From positions 1 to 36,575 of IMG/VR virus record IMGVR_UViG_3300025889_000381: a DNA stretch of 36,575 nucleotides. One strand, written 5' to 3'. Positions 1-8,786 of this stretch are shown one piece after another. The DNA comes from a virus. Its lineage: Duplodnaviria > Caudoviricetes. Position numbers and translations under genes: made by a program. The notes below the pieces were generated by a model that saw nothing but the letters and a program-made list of their open reading frames with translations, had not been told where the DNA came from and made no database searches. The first letter of the stretch is position 1. Each line of letters opens with the position of its first letter.

Positions 1-1
1 A

Positions 2-445
2 GAGCTTCAGGGAAAATGTATCATTTGGGCGTCGTATACTCACGACATTCAACAGATACATAAGTCCCTGCGCGACTGCTTTGGGCCCGAAGCAGTCGCA
101 CTTTATTACGGGGAAACACCCCAAGAAGAGCGTCAAGCGATTGTCGAGCGGTTTCAAGATCCAGACAATCCGCTGCGCTTTTTTGTCGGGCAACCAAGAA
201 CAGGTGGTTACGGCATCACTTTGACCGCTGCTACGACGGTCATTTATTACTCAAACAGCTATGATCTTGAAATAAGATTACAATCAGAGGACAGGGCGCA
301 CCGCATTGGTCAAAAGAACCCTGTCACTTACATAGATCTAGTGTCGCCAGATACGTTGGACGAGAAGATACTCAGCGCCCTACGCCAGAAAGTTAACCTT
401 GCTGAAACTGTCTTGGGAGAAGAGGCTCGGCAGTGGTTCCTCTGA
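2..445 (+). CDS. SNF2/SF2-family helicase, C-terminal part (5'-truncated by the window edge)
   Basis: The frame is open from nt 2 (ELQGKCIIWASYTHDI...FFVGQPRTGGYGITLTAATTVIYYSNSYDLEIRLQSEDRAHRIGQKNPVTY). It contains SNF2-type motif V (GxGITLTAA) and motif VI (QSEDRAHRIGQ). The track start at 221 is internal. Confidence 0.92.
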   Translation, partial: ELQGKCIIWASYTHDIQQIHKSLRDCFGPEAVALYYGETPQEERQAIVERFQDPDNPLRFFVGQPRTGGYGITLTAATTVIYYSNSYDLEIRLQSEDRAHRIGQKNPVTYIDLVSPDTLDEKILSALRQKVNLAETVLGEEARQWFL

Positions 446-3191
446 GCAACTGTTCGATGCCTTCTAGAGAGTATTTTTCTTGTAAACTTGGGCGCAACGC
501 AGCTTCAACGGCCTCTACAACTTGCTGTTGTTGCTCTGGTCGAGCCATGGGCCGTGGACTTTCATTAAGTTCGTTTTGAAATACGGGCGCTAGATCCGTG
601 GGCCGTGCGACAGGGCGCACGTAATTCATTGGATTACTGTAGTCTGGATCAGAGTAAATGGGGTTTCGCGGAGCAACGGGTTGGTTCATCACCAACTCCT
701 CTTTGGCGTCTTCCGACAAGCTCTCATCACTGTAAACGTTCAGTCCACCGTGCTTCTGTAGATAATCACTGAGACGAGTGCCCTGTTCTGGATTTTTCTT
801 ATTATCGGACGGATCATATGCGCCATCTGTCTCCAAAAATTGTCTCAGTCCGTAGTTTCCGCCAAGATGCGCGACCGCCATCATGCCACTTAAAGTAACG
901 GGTACACCTTTAACCATCTTGCCAATGTACTCGTCCAAGCCGTTATTTGCTATGTAATCAAGCGTTTTTTGCTCATACCAGTTTTGAAAGGCTTCTTGTA
1001 AACCCGCGTTCTTTTTAAATTGGTCGCGTGTAAAGTCACGACCTGTTTCTTCTTTAAATTCTTCAAGGGTTTCAGGCATTGCCTGAGATGCACCAAGGGC
1101 TCCAGTTCTTTTATTTACAGCGTCAAGCGCACCGCCAGAACTTTCTGTGCCGTACAGAGAGCGCCGGTATTCGGTGCTTGCTGCGGCTACGCCACCCTTA
1201 GTCATGTGCCGCGCTAGATCCGATAGAGATCCAACTCCTTTACGTATTTCGCCGCCCTCGTTCATACGCCGCGCTATTTCAGAGAGAGATCCAACTCCCT
1301 TACGCATTTCGCCGCCGTCGGCTCTTTTGAATAAGGGCATCAAGTCGGCATCATCTGTTGGGATTTCTCCCTGATCTATTCTTACCGTCATTTCCGGAAT
1401 TAATGAAGTATCGTAAATCACAATATTATTGGGACCTCCACTAACTTCCGTGGTGCCCCCAACAACACCCGTAAACCCCGATTCTTCAAAAACTTTTCTT
1501 AAATTTTGTTTATCGCCCGATTGTTGATTTGAAAATAATAATCCTTTTTCATCTTTGCGTAGTGGATTTTTTATTGCCTCCGTGATACGGTCTACCTTTC
1601 TAAAAACATCATCAGGATTTTTTGTGTCTATTTGCAGTGTAGTTTCTCCACCCTCATCATAAGTTGATGTGGGCCTTCGCTTGTAAGAAACCGTAAGAAT
1701 ATCATCTTTTTGTTGAACAACTAAAGGGTTGCCATCGAAGTCTGGCATTGACGACAAAGCGCTACTCAACCCCTCTATCTGAGGTTTTGTAAGAGGTTTT
1801 TTTAATTTGACATTTAGCATTTCGCTGGTATCAATTTCGGCACTCATTAAACTACCCCGGCCTCCCACATGCTGCGAAGGATAGTTTAAATTAGTAGAAA
1901 AATAAGCGCCGGGACCCGCGGCTCCCATGTTGTAATAATTTGACGATTGTTGCGCTGCGGCGGCGTCAAATTTTGTGAAGGGCGCTCCGCGAGTGGCGTG
2001 AAAAACTTCAACTTTATCCGGTCGCTCTATATTTAAATTACGTGCTAAATTGTCAAGACGACTATCTAATTCATTTCCAGCCAAACCGTTACGTTCGTAT
2101 TCTAATTTTTTTAATCGAAACGTTTCAAATGGAGATCTTTGCATAAACCCTTGTTGTTTAAGGTAGGCATCTGAATCAAAACTTGAATCGCGGTCCGTCA
2201 TTTTCATGCCTGCATCAGGCAGTCCATAAACACCAAAAGTATCTTTTCTTGTTTTACTTCCTTCAACGTAATCCTGCACGTCTTCAACGACAGTGCGAGC
2301 GTAAGGATACTCATTGAAACCGTTTCTGTCTTTTACCTCCAGCAAACCTCTTTTTTGAATTTCTTCAGCCAAAGGAATCATTTGCTCAATGTATTCTTCT
2401 TCGCTATACATGCGAAAATCACTTAAAGCTTGAGACAATTCTTCAAGGGATTCATCGGCGGCTCCCCTTATCTCCTTTGGCCCGATTTCGCTGACAAGTT
2501 CTCGCATATCCATTTCTGTGGTTAGGTCGAAATCCCTATGTAATTTTTCTGCTTCAGCTATTGCTTCATCAAAAGGACGTGACGTGATGTCACCGGGCAG
2601 GTTTTCGGACAATTCATCCGCGGCATCGTATGCCGCATTCATTTCATCTCGTAAAACTTTGATGTTTTTAGCAAACATGTCGATAGGGTTAATCGGAGGT
2701 TTCACACGCTTAACCGCAGCGGGCACTTTTTCCAAAGCTTCTGTTATTGCTTCTGGCGCGAGGGCCGCGACCCCTGCCGCGGCACCCAACCCCTTTATAA
2801 AATCTCTGCGGCTTTTGTCTGTAAGCTCATCTAATGGTTTTGTTTCAGGTCCAGAGACACCTAAGAACATTTCAGGTATAATTTGAGACGCTTTCTGCCC
2901 TAACGCTTTTCCTAAAACAGGCCCAGCTAAAGCGTAACCTAAAGTGCCTACTCCAGCTTCTGCACCCTTGCGCAACCTTTCGTCAGTTGGCAAATCCGAA
3001 TCAAAGGCCTGTCGAGACGCGCCGCCTAAATTGTAAACAATATCTTTCGGAACGTTTAAGAAATCGACAACCGCTTCAATTCTTTCAAAACCGGGTCCAA
3101 ATCTTTGACGCATGGGCGAAGAATCCGTCTGAACCCGTGGTCCGCGATTGTACTCTTCTTCTGAAGGGGGCGGGACTATCGCGTCTGCCAT
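393..3191 (-). CDS. Modular internal virion (ejected) protein with Tat-like motif, ADP-ribosyltransferase-like domain, GG repeats and lysozyme/transglycosylase-like domain
   Basis: 932 aa, last gene of the late unit. Motifs: SRRDFIKGLGAAAG; VFHAT..FTKFD..GPGAYFS..GFTGV..NIVIYD; three GG repeats; LYGTESSGG..AVN..TGALGASQAMPET (catalytic ES and GxxQ of the lysozyme-like fold). Confidence 0.72.
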   Translation of the reverse strand: MADAIVPPPSEEEYNRGPRVQTDSSPMRQRFGPGFERIEAVVDFLNVPKDIVYNLGGASRQAFDSDLPTDERLRKGAEAGVGTLGYALAGPVLGKALGQKASQIIPEMFLGVSGPETKPLDELTDKSRRDFIKGLGAAAGVAALAPEAITEALEKVPAAVKRVKPPINPIDMFAKNIKVLRDEMNAAYDAADELSENLPGDITSRPFDEAIAEAEKLHRDFDLTTEMDMRELVSEIGPKEIRGAADESLEELSQALSDFRMYSEEEYIEQMIPLAEEIQKRGLLEVKDRNGFNEYPYARTVVEDVQDYVEGSKTRKDTFGVYGLPDAGMKMTDRDSSFDSDAYLKQQGFMQRSPFETFRLKKLEYERNGLAGNELDSRLDNLARNLNIERPDKVEVFHATRGAPFTKFDAAAAQQSSNYYNMGAAGPGAYFSTNLNYPSQHVGGRGSLMSAEIDTSEMLNVKLKKPLTKPQIEGLSSALSSMPDFDGNPLVVQQKDDILTVSYKRRPTSTYDEGGETTLQIDTKNPDDVFRKVDRITEAIKNPLRKDEKGLLFSNQQSGDKQNLRKVFEESGFTGVVGGTTEVSGGPNNIVIYDTSLIPEMTVRIDQGEIPTDDADLMPLFKRADGGEMRKGVGSLSEIARRMNEGGEIRKGVGSLSDLARHMTKGGVAAASTEYRRSLYGTESSGGALDAVNKRTGALGASQAMPETLEEFKEETGRDFTRDQFKKNAGLQEAFQNWYEQKTLDYIANNGLDEYIGKMVKGVPVTLSGMMAVAHLGGNYGLRQFLETDGAYDPSDNKKNPEQGTRLSDYLQKHGGLNVYSDESLSEDAKEELVMNQPVAPRNPIYSDPDYSNPMNYVRPVARPTDLAPVFQNELNESPRPMARPEQQQQVVEAVEAALRPSLQEKYSLEGIEQLLRGTTAEPLLPRQFQQG
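1191..1325 (-). repeat. 60-bp imperfect tandem repeat encoding (xxGGExRKGVGSLSxxARxM)n
   Basis: GG codons begin at 1191, 1251 and 1311 (period exactly 60). The string agagatccaactcc occurs twice. Confidence 0.85.
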
Positions 3192-4054
3192 TATCGTCTC
3201 CGTAGCGACATTAATCCGCCTTGGGCCATTGGCACAGGTTCTCCGTAAACAATTCTTTCCGAAGGTTGAGGGACGCGAATGGGTGCGATGTGAATGGCAC
3301 CTGTGCCTTCATTTGGATCTTCGGGATCTACAGGATCAACGGGCATTACGGGCATTACGGAACCGGTGTCCGGTCTTGAAGTGTCAATTCCGGGTCCTGT
3401 GTTAGATCCCATACCATACAAAGCGTCACTAAGTTTTTGCCTTTGTAACTGGTCCAGCGTACCTTGCACATAGTTTCTAGCCGCCGCATCCGAAAAACCA
3501 AAATCTTTTAAGCCCTGCACCTTTCTATCTACGTCGTTTGAAAAAGCACCGCCCGAAAATAAGTTTGCTACGCCCATGCCAAGATCTTGTCTACCTCTAC
3601 GGTAAGCGTCGCTAATATCTGTGAAGAATTGTCCAATCCCAGTTTTTGCTCTGGGAGAAGCCCCCATGTAACCAGAGCCGCCCGACATGAAAGGGAGAAA
3701 CCCGCCACTCCCCTGCATACCCTGTTGAGTCAACATTTCCGGTCTGAATTGATTTGCAGCCATCTGTGCGCCACTGGATTGCGTGTAGCTGGTTTGCGGC
3801 CTATTCGCAAACTGCATCGCATAATTTAAAGGATTGTCCTCTGGCTTTTCGTACTGGTTGTTACCAAAAATACTTTTATTTGTTCCAAAAGCAGAAGTAT
3901 CTTGCAGTCCTTTTGCCCGCAAACCACGACTATGTTGGGCCTGCGCAGCCATATGCGCGGCTTGACTTCCACGATTACCCGCTAAAGCTTCATGCTCTTC
4001 ATATTGACTTTCAAACGGACCACTATAATCATCGTTGCTAAAGGTAATAGGCAT
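3191..4054 (-). CDS. Hypothetical internal virion protein
   Basis: 287 aa, low complexity, translationally coupled to the next gene (TAATG). Ends in MAQGGLMSLRRR. Confidence 0.65.
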   Translation of the reverse strand: MPITFSNDDYSGPFESQYEEHEALAGNRGSQAAHMAAQAQHSRGLRAKGLQDTSAFGTNKSIFGNNQYEKPEDNPLNYAMQFANRPQTSYTQSSGAQMAANQFRPEMLTQQGMQGSGGFLPFMSGGSGYMGASPRAKTGIGQFFTDISDAYRRGRQDLGMGVANLFSGGAFSNDVDRKVQGLKDFGFSDAAARNYVQGTLDQLQRQKLSDALYGMGSNTGPGIDTSRPDTGSVMPVMPVDPVDPEDPNEGTGAIHIAPIRVPQPSERIVYGEPVPMAQGGLMSLRRR

Positions 4055-4058
4055 TCTT

Positions 4059-7000
4059 CTACTCCATTAAACTGGCAATTCCGCCGCGACGAAAGCTTCG
4101 TGGTTGTTGAGTAATCATACTCGAAATTGGATCATTAGGAAACAGCGCAGCGTAAGTTTGTCTTACTTGCGGATTATTGGTTCCCGCTGCCACTGATGTC
4201 TGGGGGGCAGCGGGAAGAGCCGCCTGAGTGGTGGGATTGCCTACAGGCGGTTTTTGGTTTGAAGCGTCCCGATTCCGTAATAATTCCTGCGCTTTATTTA
4301 AAAGCTCTTCGGCAGGGTCCGCGGGGCGTGATCGAGGGGGTCGTCCAAGATTGCGACCAATAAGTCCCCGTCTTTTACGTTCTTCATACCGCTCTTGAGC
4401 CGTGGGGGGCTCCGTCGGAGGTCGGCGATCAACGGCTTCTGCCTCCGTAGAAGTTACTTCCTCAATAGCGGCAGAAGGTCCGCGGGTAACGGCTCGCACA
4501 CCGGGCGCACCAGTCGCTGCTTTAATAACTGAACCCGTTGTCTTTTTAACAAAGTTTAGCATACGTCGCATAATGGCTTCTTTTTCGTCTGCGCTACGTG
4601 GAACGCGCAAAGCTGCCATTAATTCTTCTGGGTTTAAGAGAATGTCCATAAAGGCTTGATTTGCCTGTAAAAAAGGCACCTCTTGCGTTATCATCTGAGC
4701 ATATTTGGAACCCGCGGATTCTTCGACCAAACCTTGTGAGCGCCCTCCGGGCAGAATTGATCCCGCGAATTGACCAAGTCTGGCACCTGCAATTCGCGTA
4801 TAAAGATCAAACAGCGCAGGAACTTCTATACCTCGCATGTCAGCGCCTTGTGCACCAGACTGCGCTTGCATAGCCATAATTCTTTCCAACGCAAGCTTCA
4901 TTGAAGCATGTTGTTCATCGCTTAAAGACCCAGCACTCTTTAAAAAGTTTGCCATTGTCATGTTGTCGTTATCGGCACCCGGAATTTTTTGGAAAAGAGA
5001 CTTATACAAGATGCCCGCATCAAAAACGCCGTCACGATTTGCACCTTTTATGTTGCGCTGTGATTGGTCAAACGCCCAGTTAATGGTGGTGGCAAGCAGC
5101 CCTTCTTGTACATCTTGTAAAGATGGCACACCGTCTTCTGGAAAAGGGATACCAACGCGTTTATATGCCTCTCTTGCCGCTTCTTCTGTGGGCAGAGTTG
5201 TCATGTTTTTATAAATTACCCTCAGTTGCTCGCTTGGATTTTTTGAAGTGTAGGCGAGACGAATTAATTCTGTTGGGTTTTCTGTTAATACACCTTTTCC
5301 ATTACGCATGGCATATTGGAAAGCAGCCATTGAATCTCGTGTTTGTTTTATTCGCGGTATAACGGCTTGCACACGATTTATAAATTCTTGTGGATCTCTA
5401 ATATTGTCTATTTCCCTTTCAAGATTAGGGAACAATTTTAAGATCATTGCGTTATTAGAAGCCCAGTTTTTAATATTTTGAAGTTGCCGTTCTTTAATTT
5501 GAATAGGGTCAAGCTTAACATTCTCTTCTATTGTACTTGTTGCTCTTCGTAAAACTTCACGCAAAGATACTTCCAACAAGTCTTGTTGTGTTCCAAGATT
5601 TTTTCCGATCTCTGCTAATTCTTCTTCCGACGCACCCCCTGAAATGGCTCTATTCATTAACTCAAGGTTTGCGTTTTCAATTTGACGAACACGAAGAGCG
5701 CTGGCATCTTTGTTGCCAGAAAAAATTGTTATAGCCGCTAAATCAGGCTCTACAACGATACGACCTTGACTGTTCTTACGCAACAAGTCTCCACCGAAAG
5801 TTTTCTTAAAAAATTGTTGATAAGCCACAGATGCGTCTATAGCATTTTGATAAGCTGGTCCGACATCTTCATAACTACGCAAATCATTTAACGCGGCGCT
5901 TCGTAAATCAACAGCCCGTCTAAAGAAATCACCGTTCCCACCAACGGCACCAAACCTATCTGCGGCAATACGCAAGGTTTTACGAAGCGAAATAAGTTCA
6001 GAGGCCGGTAGACCGCCCTCGTCTGGAGTTATAGCCATGTTTGTTAATTCGTTTGCACGGCGCATTTCAGCGGTGATTGCTTTTTTCTGAAGCGTCAGCA
6101 AATTGCCTAATGGACCAGAGGGCGCGGTTGTTTCGCGGCCCGCGACCTCGTCAGCTTCACGAGAAAGCATATTATCAAGATACTGAATACGTGCCTCTAA
6201 AGCATTTTTACGAAGTTTTCCGACTTCGCCTAAGTCTTTCAAACCAACAGTTGCGGCCCGTAAAGCGTCGATTGCGTCTTGTGTTGATCCACTAGAAAAA
6301 CTTTCTCCGGTTCTAGCAAGCGCCGCTTGTGCATAGGTTTTAAAGAACTCTTGTGTTTGCCGTTGCAATTCGTTTCGCGGATCAGAAGCGTCTAATTCTT
6401 CTAAATACTGACGTAGTGCGTCCGCGTCCATTTGTAAAATTGCATTTGCTTGCGGCTCTACTGTGTTTCTCATATAGTCTTGATTTGAAACTTCAATTAA
6501 ATTATATTGCTGATCCAAAGCCAAGTTGTCTAATTCATTTACGTCCAAAGCTTGGCCTGCTAAAGCTTCTCGCTCTATTCGCAGCGCCTCGTCTTGATAA
6601 GAGTTTCCAAAAACATCTCTAGTTCCCGCCAATTTATTACGAGCCTTATCAAAAGCATCGCGATATTTGTTGGGCCGTTGTGTTTCAATCACCCTCGCTA
6701 ATTTTTCTAAATTCTCTTGAGTTGGCGCAACCGCGCCATTAATGATTTCAAGATCCGCCTCGGATAACAACCTATTGTAAGTGTCAAACCACTCCTCTCC
6801 TGCCGCATCTCCCAGAGCGTCATTAAGTTTTTTTGTTGCAGGGGTGATGCCATCAAAGGGGTTTGGTGCCGCGGCAAGCCCAAGACGTTCTTTTATGGTG
6901 TTTACAACTTCGTTTACGTTTCTGAACTCAGCCTCACCCATTACAGCAAGTAAGGTGGACTTTTCGTTTTGCATTTCACGAAGCATCGCGTCCCAAGCTT

Positions 7001-8786
7001 CAACAATGTTTGGCACGTCAGAAGCGGAATCTGGAATTACGTTTCCGTCTGAATCAAATCTATAAAACGTATCGTTCCTAATCGTCTGATCTACGTCTTC
7101 CCAAGCTTTTTGTTGAATGTTTTTGAAAACGTTTTGAACATTAAGTTGCGCTTTTGCAATTCCTTGGCCCAGAGCTTCTGAAGCTTGTTCTCCGCCCTCT
7201 GGATAAACTTTGCCAACGGCAGCAACTGCGCTTTGTACCGCTTGGTCCATGCGCTTTTGAATCAAAAGTTCAATGCGAGCGGCTTGAATTTCATTGGCAA
7301 TTTTTAAAAGTTCAGGGTCGCCGGTTCCCCTGAGTTCGTTAACCAGTGCAGTTTGGGCGTTCATGCTTCTTCTAAAGCTATTATTGAGAAGCTCACCGCC
7401 CTCATTCTCCGCCATCATTTTCATAACTTGAGCGTCAAGGTTTGCTAAAGCAGGACTTTCTACAAATGCACTTGAAAAGGTGGTTTGAGGAACAGTTTTG
7501 CCTTTTTTGTCTTTAGTCAAAAACTCTGGCTTAATGTTCCCATTATCGTCTAAATAAGTTTCTTCTAAAGCTTTTAAAAGATCTGCAGGGTTTTCACCAC
7601 GCTCATTAATCAAATTCAATATATACTGTATTTGTTCGCCTTTAACACGTGCTTTCCTACCAAGTAAATCAAGTCCTTGGCCCGCTGCCAGACTGGCTTT
7701 ACGTGCTGCAACATAATTTTTTCCGGCCTCAACTATTGAAGGTATGAAGCGCAAAGTACTTAAACTGGGGGCCATGCCTCCCAGCATTTCGCCAGTAATC
7801 ATTTTAACTTCAGACCGTGGATCCTGACCCGCTATTGCTGTTGTTGCTCCAAACGTGGCAGGAATTTGAGCACTCTCAACGCCGAGCGCAAGAACTTTAC
7901 CGGGCAAAGTTTCTGCACTTCTGTACATTTTTCCGCCCGAAATAAGCAGGTCTTCCGCGGCACCAATTAAACGTGGAAAACGTAGTGCTTTGCCCTGCAG
8001 ATACTTTGTCAGATATGGATTATTCTGTATCTGTTCTTTTGTGACAGGGCCGTAAGCAAGTCTATCTGGTAATGTTTGTAAATATTTTGCCTGTGTAACA
8101 CGCGCATTTGGTGCAAGCGTTGGATTAAATATAAAAGGAAGCGCCGTTCCCGTCGCCTGCCAAATTTTTAAAGCGGACTCTGTTTCCGGCGTCAAAGGAA
8201 TGGTGTCTTCAATTTGATTCATTGTCAAATCGCCCACAGCATCTCCCGCCGTGCCACCTAGTACAGAACCTGCAAGAAAACCAAGACCTCCAAGAACAAC
8301 TTGACCGGGCAGTCCAAAGGGAGTACCTGCCATAACGCCGTATCGTGCACCCTTTGCACCACCAAGCATAGCACCGCCGCCTTCAAGAGCGCCAGAAAAA
8401 AAAGCTTCTTTACGGGATGGGACGCCGGGGTCACCATATTGTTTTAGATTTGTAAAATAACGCAAAACGTCTTCATTGCGCAGACCCTTTCCCGCTTGAC
8501 TAGCGGGTATGTTTAAAAACTTTAACCCTTCGGCAGTTCCCCTTTGCACGTCTAATGGATCGAACATACCCGCAAATTCAGATCTGTTGTTAAGTATTTT
8601 CAACGTTTGTTGGGCAAGATAATCGGTTACTTTTTGTTTGTTTTCAAAAACCTCGTAAGCCGTTGACAACTCACCGGGTTCCCACTCCACAAAAACTCCT
8701 GCATCTATAAGATTTTGCTTGTGCGGCGGCATGTCCGTTGGAGCAAAAACTGGTTCGTTTGAGGTGCGTCTACTACGATTTGCCAT
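4059..8786 (-). CDS. Large putative internal/ejection protein
   Basis: 1575 aa, largely helical. Gly-rich hydrophobic segments near the N-terminus (GGLGFLAGSVLGGTAG). C-terminal YAALFPNDPI and FRRGGIASL. Position is typical of podoviral core proteins. Confidence 0.68.
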   Translation of the reverse strand: MANRSRRTSNEPVFAPTDMPPHKQNLIDAGVFVEWEPGELSTAYEVFENKQKVTDYLAQQTLKILNNRSEFAGMFDPLDVQRGTAEGLKFLNIPASQAGKGLRNEDVLRYFTNLKQYGDPGVPSRKEAFFSGALEGGGAMLGGAKGARYGVMAGTPFGLPGQVVLGGLGFLAGSVLGGTAGDAVGDLTMNQIEDTIPLTPETESALKIWQATGTALPFIFNPTLAPNARVTQAKYLQTLPDRLAYGPVTKEQIQNNPYLTKYLQGKALRFPRLIGAAEDLLISGGKMYRSAETLPGKVLALGVESAQIPATFGATTAIAGQDPRSEVKMITGEMLGGMAPSLSTLRFIPSIVEAGKNYVAARKASLAAGQGLDLLGRKARVKGEQIQYILNLINERGENPADLLKALEETYLDDNGNIKPEFLTKDKKGKTVPQTTFSSAFVESPALANLDAQVMKMMAENEGGELLNNSFRRSMNAQTALVNELRGTGDPELLKIANEIQAARIELLIQKRMDQAVQSAVAAVGKVYPEGGEQASEALGQGIAKAQLNVQNVFKNIQQKAWEDVDQTIRNDTFYRFDSDGNVIPDSASDVPNIVEAWDAMLREMQNEKSTLLAVMGEAEFRNVNEVVNTIKERLGLAAAPNPFDGITPATKKLNDALGDAAGEEWFDTYNRLLSEADLEIINGAVAPTQENLEKLARVIETQRPNKYRDAFDKARNKLAGTRDVFGNSYQDEALRIEREALAGQALDVNELDNLALDQQYNLIEVSNQDYMRNTVEPQANAILQMDADALRQYLEELDASDPRNELQRQTQEFFKTYAQAALARTGESFSSGSTQDAIDALRAATVGLKDLGEVGKLRKNALEARIQYLDNMLSREADEVAGRETTAPSGPLGNLLTLQKKAITAEMRRANELTNMAITPDEGGLPASELISLRKTLRIAADRFGAVGGNGDFFRRAVDLRSAALNDLRSYEDVGPAYQNAIDASVAYQQFFKKTFGGDLLRKNSQGRIVVEPDLAAITIFSGNKDASALRVRQIENANLELMNRAISGGASEEELAEIGKNLGTQQDLLEVSLREVLRRATSTIEENVKLDPIQIKERQLQNIKNWASNNAMILKLFPNLEREIDNIRDPQEFINRVQAVIPRIKQTRDSMAAFQYAMRNGKGVLTENPTELIRLAYTSKNPSEQLRVIYKNMTTLPTEEAAREAYKRVGIPFPEDGVPSLQDVQEGLLATTINWAFDQSQRNIKGANRDGVFDAGILYKSLFQKIPGADNDNMTMANFLKSAGSLSDEQHASMKLALERIMAMQAQSGAQGADMRGIEVPALFDLYTRIAGARLGQFAGSILPGGRSQGLVEESAGSKYAQMITQEVPFLQANQAFMDILLNPEELMAALRVPRSADEKEAIMRRMLNFVKKTTGSVIKAATGAPGVRAVTRGPSAAIEEVTSTEAEAVDRRPPTEPPTAQERYEERKRRGLIGRNLGRPPRSRPADPAEELLNKAQELLRNRDASNQKPPVGNPTTQAALPAAPQTSVAAGTNNPQVRQTYAALFPNDPISSMITQQPRSFRRGGIASLME

